Shown here: piece by piece, positions 25,763-38,550 of the stretch
Numbering within the stretch: position 1 is the first letter of the stretch
Layout of the letters: each line of letters opens with the position of its first letter
DNA from: Eledone cirrhosa
Lineage: Eukaryota
DNA: 64,000 nt
Assembly: GCA_964016885.1 (NCBI GenBank)
Contig: OZ024743.1
Span: forward strand, 145,824,001 to 145,888,000
Reading direction: 5' to 3'
Position numbers and translations under genes: made by a program
The notes under the pieces: generated by a model
Told to the model about the DNA's origin: nothing
Databases searched by the model: none
Seen by the model: only the letters and a program-made list of their open reading frames with translations

Positions 25763-28043
25763 TTAAGTCAAAGTCATTATAATCACTGTTTAACATCTAT
25801 TTTCTATGCTTGTAATGGGTTAGACAGGCTGTCACATTATGAGGCCAGACAGGTCAGCTGACCATGTTTTGCTCATATGACCCATTTTTTGCTTGGTTTT
25901 CTACAACTATATGCCCTTCCTAATGCCAACCACCTTACAGGGTGGACTAGGTACTTTTGGTTCTCATGATCATGACCCCTTCACAGGAAGAACTGGGTGC
26001 TTCTTTTGTCATGGCACCAGCACGACCACCTTATAAAATAATTTTCGGTTTGTATAGTCATCAAATAGAAGACTAGATTTTTCTTTTACTGTTTAGTTGA
26101 AAAGGGAAATGCAGTGCTCATGGCTTTGTATTTTTCAAGGCTTCCAAAACTGGTACGAGAAAGGAAGGAAGTTACCTTCAAACCAAAAAACTTGACTTAA
26201 ATGCTTGCAACAGAGTGGTCTCTGTTAAAGATACCCAAGGACAAGATAGTGGTTTTAAACCGAGTGACAGGTTAATTCTATCACCCAAGAACTCAGAAAA
26301 CAAAGAGCCAGAATAAATACCACAAGGCATCTTGTCTTACAGGTTAACAAGTCTTATCACAATCTGCCCTGGACTGATACTATATCTCATCAATTTAAAC
26401 AACATTATCATCACTTTTTGTTTTATATGTTTAAATGGATTCATAGGATCTTGTAAATTATCATTTTGGTTTTTCTTATATTTGATTGTTTTATTTGCTA
26501 ACTCTAAATGAAAGGTCTAATCCCAATGTGTTTTTTTTTGTTTTTTTCAAAATTAAATAGTGTAAATGCTCCCTGAAATAGATCTGCTCCTAGATAGCAC
26601 ACCAACTTATCATATATATATGATTTACACAGAACAACATAAAATGTGAAATATAATTAAATGTATTGCCAAAATACCCTATGTGACATATTTGGTGGAA
26701 TTGAACTAAAGACCTATGAGCCAATAATATAATGTAATATAACCCCTTTCTCTTCACTTCTAAAAAGAACATTTTAAAGTATCGATACAATAGTATAATC
26801 AAAGCCACTGATAGTGTCTTGTGACTGATCAGGTGAAGATCCTAAAGTTGGTTGTGTAATGACTATGTCAATAATGCAATGCATTATGTGATATGCAAAT
26901 TCAGAAATGCAACAAATGAAACAAGCAACATGTTAAAAAAAGAAACATAAGAAAACTAAATTAAGGATGTAAAATATAAAAACCAGAATCCTCAGTCAGA
27001 TTTGTCATTAACATAAAGAATGGTGAAGAACAACAGCCGAACAGTGATCATTTTGAAAAACATTTCCAATATCAAAGAGGAGAAAATGGGTATAACATCT
27101 TTCATGTTGATAATTTAAGTTAATGAGTATGTTTTCTTAATTAGAAAATGATTCAAATTTCAAAACTAGTGGTAAATTCCCCAAATAAATATGTAAATCT
27201 AGTAATAATATTTTGATGAAATAGACACAATAAACAATAGGTGTCAACAACATAATATACAATAAATATTCCAAAATGTCAAGTGAATTAATGCAACTGT
27301 AAGAAACAACTTGTAAGAAACAACTTGTAAGAAACAACTTTTAAAATGTTTGTTGGTATGACATTTAGTTCTCAGAATTAACAAGATAATTTTTTTAAGT
27401 GCAATACTTTCTAAAATGTCAAGAAACATAACTTGATATTATTGTAAAACAGTCCAAGCATCATTTTACTCAATTTATCTATTCTCAATCACTAATCAAA
27501 ATATTTAATAATCAAAAATATAACTAGTTTCTTCTTAATATCATAACATTACATTCAAATTACTAATTCTGAGCTAAAAGCTAAAAAACAAACAATAAAT
27601 AATTTCACTTTCTAAAATATTGAAAACTAGGAAAGTTGGATATTTACTCTTTCCTAGAATAAATGTATTGTAGGTCAGGTCAGGCTTCTGCCTGCTACTG
27701 ATACCATGTAACCCAGTACAACCAGCTTCATGATCAAGTGCTTGGCAATTAAACTGGCTCCCCCACCAAACCCTGGTCTGGTGAGGAGGGTAACTGGAAC
27801 TCCAGCAGCTCAAAAAACAAGAGCTGTTAAAAAAAAAAGGGCAGATGAACACCTCAAAGTCAATGGCCATCCACCCCAACTATTGGTTAAATAGCCTCAC
27901 CAACTTGCAATTGTTTTCAGAATAAAAAATATACAGATATGGGTACAAATGAATGAAAAGAGCATTCAACACATAACATGGAATTTGAAAATATTTCTAT
28001 TAATAATCTGACCTATTTGTGCATTACTTATGATTTTCATTAA

Positions 28044-28249
28044 CCCTTTAGCATTTACATTACTCTATATATGCTATTGTATTTTCACAGTAAAGGCTTT
28101 ATCTCATATAATATCTCACATAATATTGAATCTGTGAGATTTTGATATTATTTATTTTGAGAACAATACCTTAACGTCAATATGAGTGGCCAGTTACAGC
28201 TGGTTTGAACAGTAAGAGGTGAGAGGGTTCTCAGATTAATGCTAAAGAG
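28044..28249. mobile_element. piggyBac-type MITE, same family, opposite orientation
   Basis: TTAA-CCCTTTAGCATT...AATGCTAAAGAG-TTAA. The interior resembles the reverse complement of 25630-25762. Confidence 0.75.
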
Positions 28250-28379
28250 TTAAATGTAAGACACCTAATTCTTCAGATGGTTTCAGAAAGCATCTGAAGT
28301 GTTTACATCTAATGAATAAATAACTTAATAAAAATAATGATCAGAGAGAGTGTGTGTGTGTGTGTATCTTGGGTCCACA

Positions 28380-29125
28380 AGAGACATAGTGGGATAACAG
28401 GTAGACTAACAGAACTTTGCATGTAGCAGATGCACAGGGCTAATCAATAGGAATAGTGTCAGTGATATAAATTTGTTCAATTCACATGAGGGATCCATAG
28501 AAGTGGTTGATAGCTTCTGCTCTCTGGGTAACCTAATAAGCAGCTGAGGAGCATGCTCCAAGAGCATAATAGCAAGAATAAAGATAGAATAGAGAATGTT
28601 TAGAGAGTTACTACCACTGTTGACAACAAAAGGTTTCTGCCAACATACGAAAGGACGACTGTATAATGCCTGTGTATGAAGTGAAATGCTGCATGGTAGT
28701 GAAACATGGGCAGTGACTGCAGAAGATATGCATAGAGTGGAAAGAAATGAAGTACCCATGCTCCATTGGATGTGCAATGTAAGTGTGAGAGAAAGGCAGA
28801 GCTTGGATGAACTGAGGGAGAAGCTGGGTTTAGGAGGAATCTGAGGTGGTGTACAGGAGAGATGACTGGGTTAGTACAGACATATGATGTGCATGGATGA
28901 TGATCACTGAATAAAGAAGTGCCAGGAAATCCTAGTGGAAGGAAGCCGCAGTAGAGGTAGACCAAGAATGACCTAGGCAGAGGTGGTGAGAGCTGACCTA
29001 CATAGCTGAGACTCACAGAGAAGATGACGAAGGAACACGGCGAGTGGAGAGATGCTACACTGAAAAGGACCCGTCCAACCCATGCAAGTGTGGAAAAACA
29101 GACATAAAAACAATGATGATGATGA
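28380..29125 (+). mobile_element. Decayed RTE subfamily C fragment
   Basis: Similar to 5740-6400 (MLHGSETW) with many stops and a (GAT)n tail. Confidence 0.85.
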
Positions 29126-29403
29126 TATATAACAGGCATAAATAAATCAAAATAAAAACATCATCATGTCATCACAGACCATTCAGTACAGAAACAAAGC
29201 CTCTGACCACCTAGTGTGTCAGGGGCCTGACATACAATCCCATACTCGACCAAGTGTATTTTATCTTGGCACCAATACTAGTGAGGTTGTCATAGATTTG
29301 ACATAGCTGAAGAGTCTTCTTGACCCTTTGTTTGACAGGTTTTCTACAGCTGGATGCCCTTCCTTATATATATACATATAAGGAGAAAGAAAAGTTATAA
29401 TAT

Positions 29404-30490
29404 ATATTGTTATACTTTGGGGGGGTCATGTTGTCAATAAGAAACACACGCACCAGTTGCTTTCACTTCAATTTATTATAATAAATTTATAAATTTAGGA
29501 ATTTATAAATTTCCGGTTGGTTGGTTGGTTCCACAACCAGATGATTGTTTATATATTGTCAAAGTTCTTTCGTCACACATTCTGTGACCTCTTCAGTGAC
29601 TGGGGATTCTTTTCTTTGTTTTTGTGCCTCTCCTTTGTTGTCCTACGCCATCTTGTTTTTGTGTGTGTTGTGTGCTTAGTTTGCGCATGTTACATCCGGG
29701 TGTCTGTGTGTGTTTATATTTGTTTATTTATTTGTTTATTTACATGTTACTGGTTGGTTGTTTGTTCTATGTGCGTGTGTGTTTTCATTTTGTCCTTAAT
29801 TGTAAGTTGTGATGTTGCTGTTCCATTCATATTTTCTATTTAATTTTGGTTGGAGTTCATTTATGTTTATTGCCTCTGTGATTTGTCTAAACATTGCGTC
29901 TTTTCTGTGTGTAGATTCTATTTTTATTTCTATGTTCTCTAATTTACCCTTATGTTCTATTGTAGCATGTTGGTAGAGTACAGATGATTCTTTACTATCT
30001 TGAAGGTCTCGCCAGTGTTCATTTATCCGTTCCCCTATACTACGAGCTGTCTCACCTATGTACATTATATTCTTATCTCTACATTGTCCTTCAGTACATC
30101 TTATGCTATATACTACATTTCTAGTTTTACAGTTAATATGGGGGCTTAATTTACAGATTATACATTTCTTATCTATACAGGGAGGTCTTTGAAAAGGGTG
30201 TGTATTGCTAATAAGTGTTTTTATGGAGACCAGGTACCTCCATACCTACAGTTAATATGGGGGCTTAATTTACAGATTATACATTTCTTATCTATACAGG
30301 GAGGTCTTTGAAAAGGGTATGTATTGCTAATAAGTGTACCTCCATAAAAACACTTATTAGCAATACATACCCTTTACAACTGGTGCATGTGTTTCTTATT
30401 GGCAACATGACCCTCCCAAAGTATAACAATATTGGTTTCAACACACGTTTTCAGATAAAGAATCTTGCTAAACAAATTCAGAAACGAAAT
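29404..30490 (-). mobile_element. Penelope-like element 3' part: GIY-YIG endonuclease with pseudo-LTRs in inverted arrangement
   Basis: ORF 29796-30065 'YIGETARSIGERINEH...EA.NI....P.LNRK.E', preceded by 'NVVYSIRC'. 30378-30432 is an inverted copy of 29404-29459. Confidence 0.85.
29558..29600 (-). ncRNA. Minimal type I hammerhead ribozyme (Penelope-associated)
   Basis: Minus strand reads GUCA-CUGAAGA-G-GUCACA-GAAUG-UGUGAC-GAAA-GAAC-U-U-UGAC: core boxes, 6-bp stem II, 4-bp stem I and a very short stem III. Confidence 0.7.
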
Positions 30491-30497
30491 ATATATA

Positions 30498-33400
30498 TAT
30501 CATCATCATCATCATCATCATCAACGTTTAACGTCCGTGTTCCATGCTTGCATGGGTTTGGACGGGGGTAGTCCCACTTGAGGCAAGAGTGATTGTCTTG
30601 CTCGCATAGGACTGTCTGGCAGGTTTTCTACAGTTGGATGCCCTTCCTAACACCAACCACATTTACAGTGTGGGTCTGGGAGGTTTTTACCGTGTTGCTT
30701 ACACGGCCACATTACAGCGTGGACTGTGTGTTTTTTTGTCGTGACACCTACACGATCTCATTTGTTTCGGCCTGGATGGCGCGGCACCAACATAACTTTA
30801 CATAGAACGGGGTGGTGTGGATGGGGTGGGGGGAGGGTGTATTTTGTTAGAGATGCCTACTGGCAAGGCGGGTCTTCTCTGTTACTGAGTACCGCCAAAG
30901 GTCTCGGTCCAGTGACATTGTCTTGGAGAGGTGTAAGTGTGTGAGGTCGGAGTTTATCAGCTCATCCCAGGTTTTTCTAGGTCTGCCTATTCCGTGGCTA
31001 CCGTCTATCTTCATTGCCCTGCACTTTGTTATACAGCTATCGACTTTCATGCGCATCACGTGTCCATACCAACGCAGCCTTCTCTCGAGTAAACAACATC
31101 TGATCCCTCTTATCTCTAATTTTTTCCTTAGTTCGTTTATGCTTTGCCGTTCACGTATATTACTGTTACACATCCAGCGGAGCATGCAAGATTCGTTCCT
31201 CTCTAGTCTGCGTATATCCTCTGCACACAATGCCCAGGTCTCACTACCATGCAACATTGCTGTTCGTATGCAGGCATCGTACAACCTGCCTTTCATTTTT
31301 AGGGAGAACCCTTTAGCAGCTAATAGTGGTATAACCTCTCTGAACTTTTTCCAACCAGTTCTGACTCTAGCTACAGTACTTTCAGAGCACCCTCCCCCAC
31401 TGCTGATTTTATCGCCCAGGTAACGGAAGCTGTCCACTATTTCTATAGAACCCTCTGCGCAATTGAAAGAGCTAGTATTTTGTGGGCACTTGCTGCTACT
31501 TATTGCACCAGAACACCGGCCACATGTAAAATCTATGTTCTTAGTTAGCTTACCTGTGATCCCACTACATCTTTTATGCACCCATACTTTGCATTTAGGA
31601 CATAAAATGGAGTTTCTACCTACGCCTTTCCTACACACCGAGCACGACCATTTCCCAGAAGGGACTGCCGCCTTGTTTTCTTTCCTACAAACTAGAACTT
31701 TGGTCTTAGCCAGGTTAATTTTAAGTCCTTTTGACTCTAGGCCGTGCTTCCATGTTTGGAATTTCTTCTCTAGCTCGGCCATTGATTCCGCTATGAGTGT
31801 CAGGTCGTCTGCGTATAGGAGTTCCCATGGGCAGCCTGTCTTGAACTCCTCTGTTATAGCCTGAAGGGCAATAATAAATAGTAGGGGGCTGAGAACAGAG
31901 CCCTAATGGACGCCAACTTTTACGCTAAACTCTTCACTATATTCGTTGTTAATTCTAACCTTGCTGACTGTTTCTTTATACATGGCTTGTATAGCCCTCA
32001 CAAGCCATTCGTCAACGCCTAGTTTTCTAAGAGCCCACCAGATAATGGAGCGGGGGACTCTGTCGAAGGCTTTCTCCAGGTCGACAAAAGCTAAGTAGAG
32101 GGGTTTACCTTTAGCTAGGTACTTCTCCTGTAGTTGTCGTACTATGAAAAGAGCGTCTGTGGTGCTTTTGCCCGACACAAACCCGAACTGCATTTCATCT
32201 AGGTCAATTCTCTCTCTGATTAGTTGCGCTATTACTTTTTCCGTGACCTTCATGACCTGGTCGATTAATTTAATGCCTCTATAGTTACTCCTATCTAGGG
32301 CGTCTCCTTTACCCTTATAACAGTTAACGATGATGCTGCTATGCCAGTCCTTCGGAACAACCCCATTCTGTACGACTTGGTTAACTATGCGGGTGACCAT
32401 GGTGTGTCCCACCGTGCCAGATGCCTTCAGCATCTCAGCAACTATTTCCGAAGGCCCAGCCGCCTTACCCGTCTTCATATCCTTGATTGCCTTACTTATT
32501 ATACTCCCCTCGACTAACACTGCTGGTCCCTCTATTGGGTCGATATGGGGGAGACTGTCTTTCTCCCATTTGTTCTCCTCATTTAGTAGCCTTTCATAGT
32601 GACACTTCCAAGCTACCTTCTTATCAGTGTCGGTGATGGCAAGTATGCCATCATCGTTAAGTACACACTTCTCCCCGACAATGTCACGGTTTTCCTTGAC
32701 GCATTGCCTAGCAATCCTGAACACCTCACGTTTTTGGTCATCGCGTTGTAGAACATGCTTGAACTTTCTTTCCTCAGCTTCCCTTCTTGCTAAGTACACT
32801 TCTCTCCTAGCTTCCCTCCTGGCCACTTGATAGTCTACTCTACTTCCCCCATCCCGCCATACTTTCCAAGCCTGCTTTTTGGCCTTAATTGACCCCTCCA
32901 CCCTACTGTTCCACCACCATGTTACTCTCCTCCTGCCTACAGGCCTGCTCCAGCCACAGACTTCGTCTGTCGCCAACAGCAGGTTTGCTTTCAGAAATTC
33001 CCACTGTCCCTCTATATTGTCCGATTCTAGATGCTCTTCCTTACTGTCGAAAGCATCAAGTAATATGCTTTGAAATTTATTTCTGGCTGTGGGGTCCTTT
33101 AGTTTCCATATTTTCCTCCTGAGGATAGTCCTCTTCTGCTGTCGAGTACGTCTCGTCCTGACTATGAGGTCGCTAATTATCAGTCTATGTTGGGAGGTGC
33201 ATTCTTCATGGGGGAGGGATTTAGTGTTTACAACAGACACTCTGTCACGTCTTCTGGTAAGGATATAATCTACCTGGCTTGTGTGTTCCCCGGATCTATA
33301 GGTGATCAGGTGATTGTCACGTTTTTTGAAGTTAGTGTTACAGATAGTTAGGTTATTTGCATCACAGAATTCCAGGATTCTGGAGCCTTCCTCATTTCTA

Positions 33401-33999
33401 GTACCAAACCCATAGCCTCCATGGATTTCGTCATAGCCGTCACAATGTTGTCCAACGTGACCATTTAGGTCGCCTGCAATAATTATATAGTCACTGTCAG
33501 ATATTTGGGAGGTAGTTAGCAACAGTGTCTCATAGAATCTGTCTTTTATAGTGCCGGGCAGTCCGGATTGGGGTGCGTACGCAGATATTACTGTCACCGT
33601 AGTTCTATTGAGGACAAGTCGTATTTTAATTATTCTGTCGTTCACTCTATTTACGTCTATTATCTTATCTGCCCACTTTTCTGCTACCATGATTCCTACT
33701 CCACCCAGCCCATCGTCGTTTCCCACCCAGAAAAGCTTATAATATCGTTTTTTACCCTCAATGAATCTAGCAGACCCACCCCTCCACCTGGTCTCTTGAA
33801 TACAACAAACATCGACCTCCTTACGTTCAAGCATTTCTACAACCTCGTTAGCGCGACCCTTTAGGGTGCCTACATTTATGGTACCAACTCTGAAGTTTTG
33901 GGTTGCGTTTGGAGGGTGGGGGTGGTGGGGGGCGGGGGGAGATAGGGTTATGTTAGCCATCCGCGGACGAAACAAAGAGGAGTGCTCGCATTCTCGTCC
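30498..33999 (-). mobile_element. RTE subfamily A, nearly complete APE-RT ORF with a single in-frame stop
   Basis: ORFs 31903-33975 and 30847-31782 are in the same frame, split only by TAG replacing Q in GVHQGS. (CAT)n tail at the left. Confidence 0.96.
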
Positions 34000-34007
34000 A
34001 CATATAT

Positions 34008-35265
34008 AAAGGCCTTAAAATTAACCTGGCTAAGACCAAAGTTCTAGTTTGTAGGAAAGAAAATAAGGCGGCGGTCCCTTCCGGGAAGTGGCCATGCTCA
34101 GTGTGTAGGAAAGGCGTAGGTAGAAACTCCATTTTGTGTCAGAAATGCAAAGTATGGGTGCATAAAAGATGTAGTGGGATCACAGGTAAGCTAACTAAGA
34201 ACATAGATTTCACATGTGGCCGGTGCTCTGGTGCAATAAGTAGCAGCAAGTGCCAACAAAATACTAGCTCTTTCAACTGCGCAGAGGGCTCTATAGAAAT
34301 AGTGGACAGCTTCCGTTACCTGGGTGACAAAATCAGCAGTGGGGGAGGGTGCTCTGAAAGTACAGTAGCTAGAGTCAGAACTGGATGGAAAAAGTTCAGA
34401 GAGCTTATACCACTATTAGCTGCTAAAGGGTTCTCCCTAAAAATGAAAGGCAGGTTGTACGATGCCTGCATACGAACAGCAATGTTGCATGGCAGTGAGA
34501 CCTGGGCAAGGTGTGCAGAGGATATACGCAGACTAGAGAGGAACGAAGCTTGCATGCTCCGCTGGATGTGTAATAGTAATATACGTGAACGGCAAAGCAT
34601 AAACGAACTAAGGAAAAAATTAGAAATAAGAGGGATCAGATGTTGTTTACTCGAGAGAAGGCTACGTTGGTATGGACACGTGATGCGCATGAAAGTCGAT
34701 AGCTGTATAACAAAGTGCAGGGCAATAAAGATAGACGGTAGCCACGGAATAGGCAGACCTAGAAAAACCTGGGACGAGCTGATAAACTCCGACCTCACAC
34801 ACTTACACCTCTCCAAGACAATGTCACTGGACCAAGACCTTTGGCGGTACTCAGTAATAGAGAAGACCCGCCTTACCTAAATACATAGTAAAACCTACTA
34901 CAGTCAGTAGGCATCTCTAACAAAATACACCCCCGTCCCACCACCCCCACCCCATCCACACCGCCTCCTTCTATGTAAAGTTATGTTGGTGCCACACCAT
35001 CCAGGCCGAAACAAATGAGATCGTGTAGGTGTCACGACAAAAAAAACACACAGTCCACGCTGTAATGTGGCCGTGTAGGCAACACGGTAAAAACCTCCCA
35101 GCCCCACACTGTAAATGTGGTTGGTGTTAAGAAGGGCATCCAACTGTAGAAAACCTGCCAGACAGTCCTATGCGAGCAAGACAATCACTCTTGCCTCAAG
35201 TGGGAAAACCCCCGTCCAAACCCATGCAAGCGTGGAACACGGACGTTAAACGTTGATGATGATGA
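34008..35265 (+). mobile_element. RTE subfamily A, 5'-truncated
   Basis: ORF 34101-34880, 3'UTR and (GAT)n(AT)n tail. Confidence 0.95.
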
Positions 35266-35282
35266 TATATATATACATATAT

Positions 35283-35531
35283 TCAGTCATAGGACTGCAA
35301 CCATACTGAGGCACCATCTTCTAGGACTTTTAGTCAATCATATCAAATCTAGGACTTATTTCAATCTGGTACATATTTATCAAACCACTAAGTTATGGGA
35401 CAAAACTAACAACACCTGTTTTCTTAAGCTGGTTTAAATGTAAACACAGATACGGACCCAGATATATGATGAGATTTTAGTTTCCATCACCAAACTCCAC
35501 TCAAAAGACATAGTTCAACCCAAGGCTATAG
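35283..35531 (-). mobile_element. Decayed SINE-like repeat
   Basis: Resembles, from memory, an abundant octopus interspersed repeat (CAGTCA..GACTGC..CCAT.CTG...CTAAGTTA.GGGAC). Single copy here, so it cannot be confirmed internally. Confidence 0.45.
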
Positions 35532-35565
35532 TTTTCTGATCAAGTAAAAATAAATCAATATTTAC

Positions 35566-35649
35566 CTGAAATGACAAGGTACCTCTTACAGCAATTACCA
35601 CAGCACCATTTTTACGGTCAACAGAAACAAAAAATGGAGGTTGAAATAC
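35566..35649 (-). CDS. DAGLB: DAGL-beta-like exon, 84 nt
   Basis: VFQPPFFVSVDRKNGAVVIAVRGTLSFQ, containing the lipase class 3 'VRGT.S' motif. Ends are tttcAG / GTaaat. Confidence 0.9.
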
Positions 35650-36320
35650 CTGAAAGTAACAAAAATAAAAAATGATGAGGCATGTATTGCACAAATAAGA
35701 AATAAGTGTGGTTATTTGGAAGTGTGTTTGATAAAAATGCCAAGGTAATAAGAAAGTAGAAGGAAAAAAAGAATACAGTGAAGTAAAGTAAGAGTGAGGA
35801 CAATGGGAAGTTACCTTAGCAATTTTTAAAGATACCAAATATTTTCAGATTTGTCATCCAAGGGGAGTCCAAGAGGGGGGTCTCAGGTTACAATCAAGGT
35901 ACAATATCCTTCATACAATACAATTTGAAATGCTTGATGCAATACCATGCTTTCATGCAAAACAATGAGGATTGTTCCCTACGGCCCACATAAAGATCTA
36001 ATATTCTTTAATATTCAGACAGTTCGCGCATCTGATGGTTTCTTTTTCAAGGCTGAACAGGTCAACTTGAGGTTTTAAGTCACCACTTTCAAAAGATGTC
36101 TTGATCACAATATCATGATGATGCATGTTCCATAGCTTCATAGCAACATGTGGGTTGCTCAATGCCACCATTCACATGGTTCCCTATATCCATATGTAAA
36201 GTAAAACCAAACTATTGGTATCTCTTGAAATCACACTGGGACCTAATAAGATAAATGATGATAACTTGATGGCCTGATAAAAGTTTTTAAATTCCTGTTC
36301 TAGTTCATTACTATTATTTT

Positions 36321-36505
36321 TGGCAGTATCGGTAGAGGGTCGGACACCATGCTTTGCAACAAAGAGTTACGGCCCTTTATGGTCTGAGTTCAAATCCCAC
36401 CAAGGTTGACTTTACCTTTCATCCTTACGGGGTCGATAAAATAAAGTACCAGTAATACACTGATGTAATTGCTGGCCTAGTGCCAAAAGTAGAAACGATT
36501 ATTTC
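36321..36505 (+). mobile_element. SINE family 2
   Basis: TGGCAGTATCGG A box, GAGTTCAAATCC B box, core CCTTTCATCCTTACGGGGTCGATAAAATAAAGTACCAG. Confidence 0.82.
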
Positions 36506-37024
36506 TTATAACAATGGATGTTGGATACATATTAAGATTATATTTTGATGCAGAGAAGCAGTAACTCTAACTGGAGCAACTTCCTGATCTCCAAGTTATG
36601 CACCCTATTGGGTAACATTACTAAAGACCATTCAAAGAACCACATTTCAGTCACTTGCATTCATGATCGTATTATTTCAGTCATTAACCAAAGTTCATGA
36701 CAATAGTCAAGGGTGGATAGGAACACTGAACTGAAGGTAGCGAATTTGGTGTTTACATCTACTTCCCTTTTTTCTGATGACCAAATACTGAAGCTGATGC
36801 AGTAATTCTTGCAATCAATTCAGCTTCCTGCCTTCCATCAATATTACTACACTTACATGCAAAGCACACTGCACAGGCTTTCGCAAGAAGATGAGTGTCT
36901 CATTCTTTGCAGTACTGATTTTCGTTCCAACTGACGTTTGTACATTACCCTATGTACTATACATACACTTTTGATGAGTTGTAGTGCACCTGAGCACTGT
37001 ACACAATATTTTCATTATTCATTA

Positions 37025-37470
37025 TTCATGTCAGAGATCAACATCTGATGAGTTAAGTAGCATCATGTCATCTGCAAATATCAACTGACTGATACTGCAC
37101 CTGCTGCTTTGGTACCACTCCCAGCCTGGCTGCGCATGTCAATCCTATTTATGAACATTATGAGCAGAAGAGGAGCCACTCGTACTGAATGGTTTCTTTT
37201 GACTTAACACAATTTATCTAAACAGAAATACTAGGGCCTACATATAGGGACTTCAAGGCAACAAGAAGCTGTCTGGCAATCACATGCTTTTGCAGAACCT
37301 TCCTCAAGTTTCATGGAATGTGGCTATATGCCTTTTCGAGGTCCACGAAACAAGCATACATCTCTTGATAATACTCCCACAATTTCTCAAACACATGCCA
37401 GAGTGAATATTTGGCTGGCTGTGCTACATTTGAGGTGAAAACCACACTGTTTCTCAGCAACTAACTTGAA
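37025..37470 (-). mobile_element. Old RT fragment (RTE-like)
   Basis: Minus strand gives 'MYACFVDLEKAY' and 'FADDMMLL'. Confidence 0.65.
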
Positions 37471-37718
37471 TTCAGCAATATCCAGTGTAGAGGTTTATCA
37501 AGGAGATTCCTCTATAATTAAATCAATCTCTTTTGTCCCCCTTTTTTTTAAATTGGGATTATCACTCCCAATTGTCATTGCTTCCATATATTTTCAGAGA
37601 CCTAGGCCACCCACAGCACACCACATAAGTCAGCCAAAGAGAACCTTCTCTTTTCAGATGTTTTAAAGATATTAGTAAAAGGTTTGGGACATGCATTAAA
37701 ATGTCATTCATTAATTAC

Positions 37719-37857
37719 CTCATCACGGAATGAAACATGAATTATTTCAGCATCTGTAAATTCAATAAACTTTTTCACTGCCGCTAAATTACACAAGCAA
37801 CAGTTGTCTCCAGTGACATGTTCTTCTTCAGCAGATTTACTACAGTTAGCACAACAT
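37719..37857 (-). CDS. DAGLB: DAGL-beta-like exon (first visible), 139 nt
   Basis: Hand translation: (1 nt)+CCANCSKSAEEEHVTGDNCCLCNLAAVKKFIEFTDAEIIHVSFRDE. Ends are ttacAG / GTaatt. Resembles the DAGL 'GDNCC..C..IHVSF.D' segment and is in phase with the next exon. Confidence 0.85.
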
Positions 37858-37914
37858 CTGTAATATAAAAAGTAAAACAAATGTAGAAATATAAATTTAA
37901 TTTTTTACATTATA

Positions 37915-38205
37915 AGATGATGATAATAATAATAATGATAATAATCTCATGGTCACAGTGATTCATGGTAATATAGTGGGACCATGAGATGGAGCTTGTT
38001 TTTGCAGCAGCAGCTGCAAATGTGCTGTTGTTGTTGTTGTTGCTGGTGGTGTCATTTGGCTTGTTGCCGTCATTCTTCCTCTTGTTGTTGGAGTTGTTGC
38101 TGTTGTTGCTGTCATTGCTGATGCTGTTCCTTCTGCCATTCTTGTAGTTGTTGCCATTAGTGTTGTTGGTTATGTTTGTAGTGGTGGTGGTGACATTGTA
38201 GTTGT
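37915..38205. repeat. Degenerate trinucleotide repeats (ATA/TTG/TGG)
   Basis: Seen directly. Confidence 0.85.
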
Positions 38206-38550
38206 TTCTCTTCAGAGCACCATCCAAATCTCTTTCATGATGCAGTTTGTTTTCAAGAATTTTCCCATTTAGCAGGTGTTAGAGGGGGTGTAACCGCCAT
38301 TTTTTTTTTACAAAAAATTTTATAGCACCATTTCAAATAAATTCATATATGGGCCCAAGACCTAAATATTATGGGGAGTCTCTTCTTCAAAGCAAATCCT
38401 TATATCCCTTTTGTAACAAACTTTTTAAACAAAAAAAAACAATATAAATGGATATACACAAACATAATTTATGGAGCGTAAACAGGCGTGACATATTGTT
38501 CAGAGACAAACAATAATAATCATAACGATAATAACGATAACAATAATAAT

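Noticed and set aside
30923-31864. Recurrent antisense ORFs over RTE copies
   Set aside because: These are shadow frames of the RT coding strand, repeated only because the element is repeated.
31903-31905. UAG stop rescued by A-to-I editing
   Set aside because: Editing would give Trp at the conserved RT Gln (QG motif), which is unlikely to restore function, and there is no evidence for it.
37910-38227. Asn/Thr-rich ORF next to a DAGLB exon
   Set aside because: It is a trinucleotide repeat with no similarity to DAGL and no need for it in the spliced frame.
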